From Eledone cirrhosa (lineage: Eukaryota): a stretch of DNA of 64,000 bases. Below the pieces are notes generated by a model. That model searched no databases. It was not told where the DNA came from and saw only the letters and a program-made list of their open reading frames with translations. This document shows, piece by piece, positions 1-13,235 of this stretch. The stretch is from assembly GCA_964016885.1 (NCBI GenBank), contig OZ024745.1:85622001-85686000 (forward strand), given 5' to 3'. The position numbers were made by a program, and so were the translations under genes. Position 1 is the first letter of the stretch. Each line of letters opens with the position of its first letter.

Positions 1-78
1 TATATTACATTATATATATTATATATATATATATTATATATATATATATATATAATATATATATATATTATATATATA

Positions 79-122
<44 letters not shown>

Positions 123-393
123 GGAAAAAAAATGAAACGAAATTTCATTTCTCACTCTTAGTACGGCTGTTACTTAAATATAAGTATGTATACGCACATA
201 CATATATATATACATACGTACAGTAGTATGTATACATATACATACATGCACACATATATACATGTACGTATGGATTTACCGAGCATTTATTATAATGCTC
301 GGTTTGTTTGTAAACAAACATCCCGAATCAAGCGTTAATATGCATAAGGAAAGTATATACTTTGAGACGTTCAATCATCTGACAGGAAGGTAT

Positions 394-436
394 ACGGTGC
401 TGACGATAGCTAATAAGCTTGAAACTAGTACAGCGT
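394..436 (+). ncRNA. Minimal type I hammerhead ribozyme, array copy 1
   Basis: acggtg-CTGACGA-tagct aata agctt-GAAA-CTAG-TA-cagcgt. Confidence 0.8.
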
Positions 437-822
437 TCCTTTGTCAGTGTTGAACAAAAGGGCAACGTTGGTTGCTAAACACTGTACGGCTTAATTCGGG
501 ATGTTTGTTTACAAACAAACCGAGCATTATAATAAATGCTCGGTAAATCCATACGTACATGTATATATGTGTGCATGTATGTATATGTATACATACTACT
601 GTACGTATGTATACATATATGTATGTGCGTATACATACTTAAATTTAAGTAACAGCCGTACTAAGAGTGAGAAATGAAATTTCGTTTCATTTTTTTCCAT
701 TTATCGTTTTCGGTGCGCCCGGCCGATTAACTCACTCGATATGTAAATTAGGCTGCTCAGCCGTTAATATGCATAAGTAAAGTATATACTTTGAGACGTT
801 CAATCATCTGGCAGGAAGGAAT

Positions 823-865
823 ACGGTGCTGACGATAGCTAATAACCTTGAAACTAGTACATCGT
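823..865 (+). ncRNA. Minimal type I HHR, array copy 2
   Basis: acggtg-CTGACGA-stem II (one mismatch)-GAAA-CTAG-TA-catcgt. Confidence 0.8.
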
Positions 866-1249
866 TCCTTTGTCAGTGTTGAACAAAAGGGCAACGATGG
901 TTCCTAACACTGTCTGACTTAATTCGGCATGTTTTTTACAAACAAAGCGAGCATTATAATAAATGCTCGGTAAATCCATGCGTACATGTATATATGTGTG
1001 CATGTATGTATATGTATACATAGTACTGTACGTATGTATACATATATCTATGTGCGTATACATACTTATATTTAAGTAACAGCCGTACTAAGAGTGAGAA
1101 ATGAAATTTCGTTTCATTTTTTCCCATTTACTGTTTTCGGTGCGCCCGTCCGATTAACTCACTCGATACGCAAATTAGGCTGCTCAGCCGTTAATATGCA
1201 TAAGTAAAGTATATACTTTCAGACGTTCAATCATCTGGCAGGAAGGTAT

Positions 1250-1292
1250 ACGGTACTGACGATAGCTAATAAGCTTGAAACTAGTACATCGT
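1250..1292 (+). ncRNA. Minimal type I HHR, array copy 3
   Basis: acggta-CTGACGA-tagctaataagctt-GAAA-CTAG-TA-catcgt. Confidence 0.8.
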
Positions 1293-1677
1293 TCCTTTGT
1301 CAGTGTTGAACAAAAGGGCAACGATGGTTGCTAACACTGTACGACATAATTCGGGATGTTTGTTTACAAACAAACCGATCATTATAATAAATGCTCGGTA
1401 AATCCTTACGTACATGTATATATGTGTGCATGTATGTATATGCATACATACTACTGTACGTATGTATACATATATCTATGTGCGTATACATACTTATATT
1501 TATGTAACAGCCGTACTAAGAGTGAGAAATGAAATTTTGTTTCATTTTTTCCCATTTACTGTTTTCGGTGCGCCCGGCCGATTAACTCACTCGATACGCA
1601 AATTAGGCTGCTCAGCCGTTAATATGCATAAGTAAAGTATATACTTTCAGACGTTCAATCATCTGGCAGGAAGGTAT

Positions 1678-1720
1678 ACGGTACTGACGATAGCTAATAA
1701 GCTTGAAACTAGTACATCGT
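1678..1720 (+). ncRNA. Minimal type I HHR, array copy 4
   Basis: Same as copy 3; core at 1684-1690. Confidence 0.8.
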
Positions 1721-2105
1721 TCCTTTGTCAGTGTTGAACAAAAGGGCAACGATGGTTGCTAACACTGTACGACTTAATTCGGGATGTTTGTTTACAAACA
1801 AACCGAGCATTATAATAAATGCTCGGTAAATCCTTACGTACATGTATATATGTGTGCATGTATGTATATGTATACATACTACTGCACGTATGTATACATA
1901 TATGTATGTGCGTATACATACTTATATTTAAGTAACAGCCGTACTAAGAGTGAGAAATGAAATTTCGTTTCATTTTTTTCCTTTTATCGTTTTCGGTGCG
2001 CCCGGCCGATTAACTCACTCGATATGCAAATTAGGCTGCTCAGCCGTTAATATGCATAAGGAAAGTATATACTTTCAGACGTTCAATCATCTGGCAGGAA
2101 GGTAT

Positions 2106-2148
2106 ACGGTGCTGACGATAGCTAATAAGCTTGAAACTAGTACATCGT
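2106..2148 (+). ncRNA. Minimal type I HHR, array copy 5
   Basis: acggtg-CTGACGA-tagctaataagctt-GAAA-CTAG-TA-catcgt; all stems pair. Confidence 0.85.
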
Positions 2149-2372
2149 TGCTTTGTCAGTGTTGAACACAAGGGCAACGATGGTTGCTAAACACTGTACG
2201 GCTTAATTCGGGATGTTTTTTACAAACAAACCGAGTATTATAATAAATGCTCGGTAAATCCATACGCCATACGTGCATGTATATATGTGTGCATGTAAGT
2301 ATATGTATACATACTACTGTACGTATGTATACATATATGTATGTGCGTATACATACTTATATATATATATAT

Positions 2373-2407
<35 letters not shown>

Positions 2408-2438
2408 ATATTATATATGTATATATATATTATATATA

Positions 2439-2551
<113 letters not shown>

Positions 2552-2600
2552 GTATAAAAAGAAAACACAGCTAAGCATTAAGAGAAGGATTTTATCCATG

Positions 2601-2702
2601 TATTTACGACCGTTTCATTGGTAAGTGCAACCTTATATTGCTATACTGCAAATAGCAGCCACTCAATTATAATTGTTGTTCACAGTCCAAATTTTCAAAA
2701 TA
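2601..2702 (-). ncRNA. Type I HHR, U3-A8 variant (antisense arm copy)
   Basis: Reverse complement of 5564-5665. Confidence 0.6.
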
Positions 2703-3273
2703 GCATGTTACTCTTGAAGTAATTCTTAATATATAGAGAAAAACATTTTTTTGGAATTGTATTTACTATTATATAGAGAGAGAGAAATCAGAAGGTGAGG
2801 GGACAAACGGAATAGTATAGAGAGAGGGGAAGGGGGAGAGGTAGGAAGTAGAGCGACAAACTGAGATGGAGGGAGGGGTAGAGGTGGAAGGATTCCTTGG
2901 TCAGTTTTGATAGCAGACTTCATGTCGTGGAATGTAGTGAGTTAAAGAGAATTAAATTGATCATAGTGGGAGGGATGGATAGAGAGGGAGAGAGAGAGAG
3001 GGGGAGATATAAAGAGATAAATATATATATATATATAAAATAAAGATAAAGATAATAATGACAAAAATAAAAGCAAAGAAGGGGGTGAGAAAGAAGAAAA
3101 GAAAATCTAGCCAAGAAGAGGAGGGAAGGAAGGAAGAAAACGAAGAAATAGAAGAGGAATGAGGGAGAAGAGGGGGATATATGTATTGGTTTTGTGGGTA
3201 ATTAAAAGGGTTTAGATACAACAAGAGGATATAAAGTCTAAGTATATGCAGTTTGTCACTTGGTAGTAAGAGG

Positions 3274-4768
3274 TTAAGGGTTCGATTTGTAGTGCGAAAT
3301 CTTCTCTTTGAGTCTATGGTTACAATAAATTGATCTTTCGATTTTATTGTTGAGTAACTTATTCTTCGAACTCAAGATGTGGAACAGCTCAAGGTCGCAT
3401 AATCGACAGGTTCTCATACCACTCCGATATGGAGGCGCGTTCGATATTTTTTTCCACTTAAGGGTGTATTGATGGTTACTTTCCCTCAGTTGCCAGGTCT
3501 TGTTTGCAAGGGTAGTTACATAACGATGCCGGGAATGTTTCATTGCGTAACGGTGTGTATACCAACGGGCTTTAAATGCATTCCCAGTCGCTCCGATGTT
3601 ATACCATTTCTGGTTTTATGATTCCACTGTGCATTGGTAAACCAGGTTAGACTGCATACATTCGTTATGTAATGGACAGGTTTCAGGTAGGTGGCAGTTA
3701 CAGTTCTTGTCATGGGCAACTTTGGCATTATTGGTGGGCTGCGATGCCTGTACAAGTGTGTTACGTTTTGTTTGCCTATGTGCGGGTAGTTGTGTATTAG
3801 ATATTCTGTTGTTTTCGGTGGTGATTGTATTGTTATTGTTGTAAATTTGTGTTTTGGTGTTGTTATGTATCTTTTTAGCGTTAAGCATCTTAATGTGTGC
3901 CTCTATATTTGGTGCCGTGGAGTAAGATAGTCTAATAGATTTGGTGTTAAGGATTTTGTTGTATCTATGTGAATCTGGAAAGTGCTTATTTATTATTCTA
4001 AAGAAGGTAGAGGGTAGGTTAATACTAATAGAGGTGTTAAATATGGGGTTATACCAAATATATTTTCTACTGCGTGACTTGTTTTATTTCGATGTTGTAT
4101 TTCTATTTGCCGCATACTTTGTAGTTCTATGCGTAAGTGCTTGTGTGCGTGTGTTACCGGAGTTTGTGTTATGCGTGTTCGTGTGCGCTTCACGGAGGCT
4201 TTCATCTATATAATCTACTCTATCTAAGTAGCCTGCCTTGTCTAATGCGGTATTGCAGTATTCTGCATGTTCTTCGAAGATTTGTAGGTTAGACGAGAGG
4301 CGGGAGATCCTAAGGGATATGTTGCGTGGAATGGATTTAATTATGGATAGTGGGTGGTTTGAGTTACAGTTGATGTATGCTAAGTTTTCATTAATCTTGT
4401 GAAAAGGTATCATAAGTCCCGTATTTAGGTTAAGCGTCGCGTCTAGAAAGTTAACGGTTTTAGTGCTATACTCATACGTTATGCTAATGCCTAGTTTCCC
4501 GAGAGTCTTTCTAATATTCTTACGGAGTCTTTCTATGCTCTGGTTATTTAGGTTCTTAACTAGGAGAAGGGCGTCGTCTCTGTAGATTCCACCGTGAAGG
4601 TCGCTAAACTCACTTTGTAAACTATGGGCTATGTAAATACCTACTAAATCTATGACTTGAGCCGAGTCGTTAGCCCCCATCGTGATGTCAAAGTTATTTA
4701 ATCTATCCTTACGTTCCCAATAGGCGTTTTCAAATGTAATTATTGTTTTCCTAGCAGCTAATATGATA
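3274..4768 (-). pseudogene. Frameshifted PLE reverse transcriptase + GIY-YIG endonuclease
   Basis: MGANDSAQVIDLVG, GIYRDD, NFLD, SNHP; linker CNC..CPL..C; C-terminal CRLC..E..LLN..E..C.H. Confidence 0.9.
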
Positions 4769-5563
4769 GCAACTGAGGGAAAGTAACCATCAATACACCC
4801 TGAAGTGGAAAAAATATCGAACGCGCCCCCATATCGGAGTGGTATGAGAACCTGTCGAATATGCGACCTTGAGCTGTTCCACATCTTGAGTTCGAAGAAT
4901 AAGTTACTCAACAATAAAATCGAAAGATTAATTTATTGTAACCATAGACTCAAAGAGAAGTTTCGCACTACAAATCGAACCCTTAACCTCTTACTACCAA
5001 GTGACAAACTGCATATACTTAGACTTTATATCCTCTTGTTGTATCTAAACCCTTTTAATTACCCACAAAACCAATACATATATCTCCCTCTTCTCCCTCA
5101 TTCCTCTTCTATTTCTTCGTTTTCTTCCTTCCTTCCCTCCCCTTCTTGGCTATCTTTTCTTTTCTTCTTTCTCACCCCCTTCTTTGCTTTTATTTTTGTC
5201 ATTATTATCTTTATCTTTATTTTATATATATATATATATATATTTATCTCTTTATATCTCCCCCCTCTCTCTCTCTCCCTCTCTATCCATCCCTCCCACT
5301 ATGATCAATTTAATTCTCTTTAACTCCCTACATTCCACGACATGAAGTCTAATATCAAAACTGACCAAGGAATCCCTCCACCTCTACCCCTCCCTCCATC
5401 TCAGTTTGTCGCTCTACTTCCTACCTCTTCCCTCTTCCTCTCTCTCTATACTATTCCGTTTGTCCCCTCACCTTCTGATTCCTCTCTCTCTATATACTAG
5501 TAAATACAATTCCAAAAAAATGTTTTTCTCTATATATTAAGAATTACTTCAAGAGTAACTTGC

Positions 5564-5665
5564 TATTTTGAAAATTTGGACTGTGAACAACAATTATAAT
5601 TGAGTGGCTGCTATTTGCAATATAGCGATATAAGGTTGCACTTACCAATGAAACGGTCGTAAATA
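5564..5665 (+). ncRNA. Type I HHR, U3-A8 variant, extended stem II
   Basis: tatt-TTGAAAA-tttgg...ccaat-GAAA-CGGTCG-TA-aata. Confidence 0.62.
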
Positions 5666-5838
5666 CCTGGATAAAATCCTTCTCTTAATGCTTACCTGTG
5701 TTTTCTCTTTTATACTTTATACTCCAAGAACGGAATTCTTACAAACTTGTGGAGTCACCCCTAACCGTACGTTGAAACCATCCACGAAACTGGCTTTCTT
5801 AACCAAGAACTGGATCACAATAAGCAATTTTTTTTTCT

Positions 5839-5883
<45 letters not shown>

Positions 5884-6062
5884 ATATTATATATATATAT
5901 ATTATATATATATATATTATATATATATATTATATATATATATATATATTATATATATATATATTATATATATATATATATTATATATATATATATTATA
6001 TATATATATATTACATATATACGATATTAAATAAATGGAAACTATATTTATAAAACCATATT

Positions 6063-6127
6063 TATTTCATTATACATATTTCAGGGATACCAAATTAAAA
6101 TATGGTATGGCTTCATCAGACAAAATA
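6063..6127 (-). ncRNA. Type I HHR (family B)
   Basis: Reverse complement of 6931-6995. Confidence 0.75.
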
Positions 6128-6930
6128 CAATATATAAACAGTTTTATAAATAATGTTGACGTACCCTATTAGATGCGACCATTATTTTTGGAAGCTGCCT
6201 GGATAGTGAGATGTTTATAATTATTTTATTAGTTATAGTGTTAAGCACAGTTAGAAAAAAGACGGAGAGAAAGAAAAAACGGAGAGAGAGAAGGACGTAC
6301 ATATGCGTGTATATATATATATATATATATACATATGTGTAATCCGTATTTTTATAAATAGGGTATTTTTTTGAAGTTTTGAACTCAGATTTTGGTATAT
6401 TGACCTCAAGGTTTTAAACTAAACATATGGTCATTATTGAACAATGTTATTTTCTCATATTATATATCTATGTCTCATTCATGAATATTGATATTTACAG
6501 TTTTATTATTCATTTCATATGAATTGTTAATTCAACTTAATATGACATGACGTAAAGTTGTCACTATATCCTCCTCTCGCTATATAGTACTTCCTCTCTC
6601 TTGAGTTTCTCTATCGGTATGATGAATTATTATCTCTCTGTTGCTTTCTTTTGTCTTTCTTATTTCTTTCTTTTTTCTTTCTTTTTCATTTCCTCCTATC
6701 TATTTATATATATCTTTCTTTTCTGCATACATTCCTTTTCTCTCTCTCCTTCTTTTTCTCTCTCCTTCTCTCGCTCCGTTTTTTCTTTCTCTCCGTCTAT
6801 TTTCTAACTGTGCTTAACACTATAACTAATAAAATAATTATAAACATCGCACTATCCAGACAGCTTCCAAAAATAATGGTCGCATCTAATAGGGTACGTC
6901 AAAATTATTTATAAAACAGTTTATATATTG

Positions 6931-6995
6931 TATTTTGTCTGATGAAGGCATACCATATTTTAATTTGGTATCCATGAAATATGTATAATGAAATA
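6931..6995 (+). ncRNA. Type I HHR (family B)
   Basis: tattttgt-CTGATGA-aggcatacca..tggtatccat-GAAA-TATGTA-TA-atgaaata. Confidence 0.8.
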
Positions 6996-7349
6996 AATAT
7001 GGTTTTATAAATATAGTTTCCATTCATTTAATATCGTATATCTACTACAAAAACGAGTGCTTTATATCAGTTATAAAATATTTACTTGTTGTATCCCAAC
7101 AATTTTAAATAGAACTTTTGCATATATTACATATATATATATTATATATATATACATATTATATATATGTATATATTATATATATATATTTATATATAAA
7201 TTATATGTATATATATATTATATATATATATATATATTATATATATATATTATATATATATACATATTATATATATGTATATATTATATATATATATTTA
7301 TATATAAATTATATGTATATATATATTATATATATATATATATTATATA

Positions 7350-7472
<123 letters not shown>

Positions 7473-7511
7473 ATGTATAAATGTATTATATATATATATA
7501 TATTTATATAT

Positions 7512-7667
7512 ATCTCTTTGAGTCTATGGTTACAATAAATTGATCTTTCGATTTTATTGTTGAGTAACTTATTCTTCGAACTCAAGATGTGGAACAGCTC
7601 AAGGTCGCATAATCGACAGGTTCTCATATCACTCCGATATGGGGCGAGTTCGATAATTTTTTCCACT
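7512..7667 (-). mobile_element. Fragment of the 2552-5843 PLE family (EN C-terminus)
   Basis: Near-identical to ~3302-3460. Confidence 0.85.
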
Positions 7668-8470
7668 TCAGACCCAACAGAAATGGAAAGACACATCCAA
7701 CACTTCATCAACCGCATGCAGTTCTCTGGCTACACCCAAAGAGACAGAGTCAGAGTATACGAAGGAGCCATGGAGAAGTATAAGACCCTCATAGCACTGG
7801 ACATGAAAGGAATTTGCCCATTATACAGGAGCAAATCATGGAATAGCTTAGATAGGGCTAGACATAAGATAGGGAAAGCCACCTCATGGTACGACAACCA
7901 AAGATACCAGAGTGTCATGTTTGTGGACAGTACCCCTGGAGAGATATTAGCTAACCAGTGTAGAAAGGCCCTGAGAAAGACCCACTTAAAAATTAAGGTG
8001 GTAGAAAAGGCAGGAACCACCATAAAATCCCTGATCAGCAAAACCTACCCTTTTAAAAAACCCACTGTACCAATAGAAAATGTATCATATGTAAGGTATA
8101 CCCCCGGATAAACTGTAAAACTAGAAACGTAGTCTATAGCAAAAGATGTACATAGGGTACTTTCAGAAACATGACAACAGCATAGATAGGTGAGACAGCT
8201 CGTAGCATAGGTGAAAGGATAGACCAACACTGTGGGGAACTAAAAGGACGAAAAAACGTATCAGTACTATACGAACATGCTAGACAACAACATGACGGTA
8301 ACATAGACAACATAGAAATTAGAATAATATCTAAACATAGAAATGACCCAGCAGATAGGCAAATCAGAGAGGCCAGTGAAATAGAAATTAGAAGACCAAG
8401 ACTAAACAGAAAGAATGAATGGAATAACAACAACACCCAAACAAACAACACTGACCTAAGAGAAGTATAA
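7668..8470 (+). pseudogene. Decayed PLE RT-thumb + GIY-YIG endonuclease (second family)
   Basis: MQFSGY..R..PLYR..W..VMFVDSTP..IKVVEKAG, then (Y)IGETARSIGER near 8185. Homolog at 53782-54290. Confidence 0.8.
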
Positions 8471-8720
8471 ATAAGTAAATAAAACAAAATAAATAAATAA
8501 ATAAGCAAATAAATACATACACAAGCACAATAACAACAAACACATAAACACACACTAGTCACCCATCGCACAGCAAACAAAACACTATACACACACGCAA
8601 ACGCATGCGCAAAGAAGACAAAATAAAATAAACAAACAAGCAAATAAATAAATAAATAAATATATAGACAGACTAAATAAAATGTCGTAGACATACAATA
8701 CAACAGGAGGAAACGATAGC

Positions 8721-8762
8721 ACCACTGACGATGTTGCAGATGTGCAACGAAAGATTTATGAT
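8721..8762 (+). ncRNA. Minimal HHR, partly degenerate stem I
   Basis: acca-CTGACGA-tgttgca gatg tgcaac-GAAA-GATT-TA-tgat; same family as 53485-53527. Confidence 0.6.
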
Positions 8763-9009
8763 AAACTATATATATGTGTTTGTGTCTATATTGTATCTGT
8801 ATTATTTTTGACCGTCGGTCAGTCAATGGCAACATTGAGGACCGAGTAAGTTAGATTACCGATATAAAAGACACAGAAGTGAGAAGCGAAAACCAACCAA
8901 ACAGTGAGCGTGTTCTGTTATTAATTCTGGCAATATTACACAAATATGACCCTCACCAAGTATAACAATATTTGTTTCGACACACGATTTCATATAAAAT
9001 ACCTCGCAA

Positions 9010-9083
<74 letters not shown>

Positions 9084-9257
9084 CATATATATATATTGTA
9101 TATATATTACATATATATATATATTTATATATTTATATATATATATATATTATATATATATATATATATTGTATATATATATATTACATATATATATATA
9201 TTTATATATATATATATATGAAATATAAGAATCAAAGAACTGTTCAAAACATTATTG

Positions 9258-9305
9258 TGCTTACAGCTGTTTCCTCCAAACCGAGGTTTGGATTCTTCGG
9301 AGCAA
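9258..9305 (-). ncRNA. HHR, U4C variant (antisense arm copy)
   Basis: Reverse complement of 9995-10043. Confidence 0.65.
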
Positions 9306-9994
9306 TTTATTAATGCATGGACAGTTATATGACCTCCTTTTCAGCCGAGAGACATACCAACACATATTCAAACATTGATACATATTCAAACATTGTGGGT
9401 CCACATTCATTAAACAACCTCCTGTATCGAACTAAAGAACACCAGACTACGATCTCTAACTGGATTGTCGTGGATTATGTGAAAGGCATATAATCGAAAT
9501 ATACACTCCCTTGACCATGAAAATGCCGAAGTACATGAATTACTTGACATCCCTGCGTTGTGCATCTCCAATACTTATAACACTTTTAATGCTTGCACTA
9601 TCTTTAATGCTTATAATATTTCTCCACACACAGACTACATCAATCATATAAAGACTTTGCCACCAGATCTACCAACCTAACACTCTTATTTACCTACCTA
9701 AGTGCCTCTACCACACATATCTCTCTGCCACACTATATAAACAAGACGCACATGCGTGCCACACATATAACATTTGCACTATATAACCACTTATCTTCAT
9801 GTTGTACTTTAACCTATATCTTTGATTTTTGATTGTACCTATTAATATAAATGTAATCTCGAAGTGTTACTGCCACTCTAAATTTTGTAATGAATGTTGA
9901 CCCACAATGTTTGAATATGTATCAATGTTTGAATATGTGTTGGTATGTCTCTCGGCTGAAAAGGAGGTCATATAACTGTCCATGCATTAATAAA

Positions 9995-10043
9995 TTGCTC
10001 CGAAGAATCCAAACCTCGGTTTGGAGGAAACAGCTGTAAGCAC
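9995..10043 (+). ncRNA. HHR, U4C variant
   Basis: tgct-CCGAAGA-atccaaacc tc ggtttggag-GAAA-CAGCTG-TA-agca. Confidence 0.7.
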
Positions 10044-10246
10044 AATAATGTTTTGAACAGTTCTTTGATTCTTATATTTCATATAACTGCTCTGTAAATC
10101 ATCTGATGTTTTTACATTGAGCTACTTAACTTACTGGTAATAAGGTAGTAATACATTACTGCCTACCACTATTTAGGGTGTGTGTAAAATACTTACAACT
10201 GCTTAAGGTTTTGTGTTTACATAACCATAAATAGTATAACTAATAC

Positions 10247-10354
<108 letters not shown>

Positions 10355-10451
10355 AATATATTCTATATATATATATATAATATATATATACATATAATAT
10401 ATATATAAATATATATATATTATATATATATATATAATATATATATATTTA

Positions 10452-10537
<86 letters not shown>

Positions 10538-10629
10538 TAAATATATATATATTATATATATATATATAATATATATATATTTATATATATATTATATGTA
10601 TATATATATTATATATATATATATAGAAT

Positions 10630-10978
10630 ATATTAACAAATTGAAACCATATTTATAAAACCATATTTATTTCATTATACATATTTCAACGACACCAAAG
10701 CAAATTATCTGGCAGCTTACAACCGACATGATCGCATTCTTTAAGGGTATGTCAATATTTGTTTATATAACTGATCTATATTATATTTTATCTGATGAAA
10801 GCGCACCATAATTTGCTTTGGTGTCCTTGAAATATATATAATGAAATACATATGGTTTTATAAATATAGTTTCCATTTGTTAATATATTGTATTTTTACT
10901 CCAAAAATTTGTGTGAGTACTTTATATCAGTTATAAAAATATTTGCTTGTTGTATCCCAACAAATTAAATATAACTTC

Positions 10979-10982
<4 letters not shown>
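10630..10982 (+). mobile_element. Short fold-back family-B-related element with HHR at 10784-10848
   Basis: tattttat-CTGATGA-aagcgcacca..tggtgtcctt-GAAA-TATATA-TA-atgaaata; 10630-10707 is inverted to 10808-10885. Confidence 0.75.
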
Positions 10983-11058
<76 letters not shown>

Positions 11059-11059
11059 C

Positions 11060-11093
<34 letters not shown>

Positions 11094-11948
11094 TATATTA
11101 TATATATATATTATATATATATATATATAATATATAAATATATATATATTATATATTATATATATATATATATATAATCTATTATATATTATATATATAT
11201 ATATTATATATATATATTATATATTATATATAATATATATATATATAATATATATATATATTATATATATATATATTATATATTATACATAATATATATA
11301 TATATAATATATATATATATTATATATATATATATAATATATATATTTATTATATATATATATATTATATATATATATTATATATATATATATATTATAT
11401 ATATATTATATATATATATATATTATATATATATAATATATATTATAGAATTCACAGGTATCAAAATTATTTTCAAACCATTTATTAGCTCACAATTGTT
11501 TCATCCAACACTCCTTCCAAAACTTTAAACCCAATATATAGCAATGTCAGGCTTGAACCCATCACCACTTCTAGCAACACACCTCAAGGGGCCACCTTAC
11601 ACCACAACTCCACACTCAATGATCCACCCTATCTTAACACAATTCGTGCCATATATCTAAAACCTTTTACCCTACAAATGCCCCCATATACACCTACTTT
11701 TAATATAATTACTTTCAATTACTTAGACTGTACTATATCACTATATAATTATATGTAAACTTTAAACACCGAATTCAGCAATGAATTATTTGTGCAAATG
11801 TTGTTGTATGTATGGAGTGCTATCATTCGATAAATAGAGGATTAATTTATTAACGTAAAAGAGCTGTATAACCTATATGTTGAGTACAATGAATTATGTA
11901 CAAGTGGTATGTCAGTTATACATACATGTATAACTTGATAGATAGATT

Positions 11949-12137
11949 AATTGTTTCTACTTTAGGCACAAGGCCAGCAATTACCCAGTGCATTACTGGT
12001 ACTTTATTTTATCGACCCCGTAAGGATGAAAGGCAAAGTCAACCTCGGCGGGATTTGAACTCAGATCGTAAAGGGACGTAACTATGTTGAAAAGCATGGC
12101 TTCCGACCCTCTACTGATACTGCCAATCCACCGCCTT
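11949..12137 (-). mobile_element. tRNA-derived SINE with target-site duplication
   Basis: A-box-like TGGCAGTATCAG and B box GAGTTCAAATCC on the minus strand; Meta-domain-like GTTGACTTTGCCTTTCATCC; TSD TTGATAGATAGATTAAT at 11935 and 12136. Confidence 0.85.
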
Positions 12138-13235
12138 GATAGATAGATTAATGACATTGTAAGTGAGAAATGTTTTTTGGTCTACCCTAGAGATATTTAA
12201 CTTTGCCATGCAATCAGCCATACGCTTACCCAGAGCTTACCAGGGGTTATATAGACGTGGTTCTAATAGGGCCCCTGACAGGTTCTGTGAGTAGACAACA
12301 TTTACAAAGAACTTTGATATGTAGATCTGACTCTTCGTATGGAATATTCAGTTGTAGCACTCTATGATAGGGAGTAATCATCCTAATATAGATACCTTTA
12401 GTACTTCATGATAGAGTAGACTGTAATTAAAGATAGGATACTTAAATTTGGAAACTGTATATAACCGTATATATAAGGGACTCAATTGAGACACCTTTTA
12501 ATGTATGTTGGAATAATAAATTTAGTTATAGAAATCAGCTAGTTACCTCCTCTCATGCATTATCTCCCCTTTATCACACACATACTTGCGGAGAATAAAA
12601 CGATGTAAATGCTCGCAACAGAAACAACCTGCTCTATTAAATTGGATTAAAGAACACTGAGCCGCAACAAGCTATAATAATTTAACTTAATACATCAAAC
12701 ATCCAATACGGAATCATCGTTAATTATGTGAAGGACGTATAAACTATATATTACGTCTTCTGAATTGTGAAAATGGTGGTGTATACAAAAACCATAACAT
12801 TATTTTGCTTCTCATTTATACTATTTCTCTGCACACAAGCTTCTTTAACATACACAAAAAATACCTTACCACTACAACCTCCATAATACTCTTGATTACC
12901 CGCTTAAAGTGCTTGTATAGCATATAACACCCTGCCGCACAATAATCATATATAATCAAGACACACGTGCATGCCCCACGTGTAAGTAATGCATACAATA
13001 ACTACTACAACTGACTAACAAACTATCCTCTTGCATTATCTACGTTAACTGCTGATGTATTTTAATTTTAATTTTGCTTTGATTCTGTTTTAATATGATT
13101 TTAATTTTTGAATTTAAATTGTCATTCAGAAATAATATAATATATGTCACCCCACTGTGCATCATTATATACTTATGTATCTGTATTTCTCTTGCGTTGG
13201 AAAGGAGGTCACGTATGTATACAAACATTGAAAAA

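Larger units (their letters stand above)
120..2360 (+). mobile_element. Tandem array of ~428-bp HHR-containing monomers (non-LTR retrozyme-like) with 5' inverted segment
   Basis: CTGACGA cores at 400, 829, 1256, 1684, 2112 (spacing 429/427/428/428). 120-328 is the reverse complement of ~495-700. Flanked by (TA)n. Confidence 0.85.
2552..5843 (-). mobile_element. 5'-truncated Naiad-like PLE with long inverted arms
   Basis: Arms 2552-3493 and 4769-5715 are reverse complements. RT-EN body on the minus strand. The plus arm has an extra ~130-bp tail. Confidence 0.9.
6021..7122 (+). mobile_element. Non-coding fold-back PLE 3'-UTR derivative (family B)
   Basis: Arms 6021-6295 and 6763-7037. Related to the 3' UTR of the 43245-45407 element. 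Confidence 0.8.

Noticed and set aside
330-2360. CRISPR-like or protein-coding tandem repeat
   Set aside because: Whole 428-bp units repeat with no unique spacers, the context is eukaryotic, and the short ORFs are not conserved between units.
4769-4914. N-terminus of the 276-aa RT ORF (4084-4914)
   Set aside because: The first ~49 codons are antisense read-through of the inverted arm; RT similarity starts at the junction near 4768.
2552-5715. DNA transposon / MITE terminal inverted repeats
   Set aside because: The arms are asymmetric, include retroelement ORF ends and HHRs, and no transposase is present.
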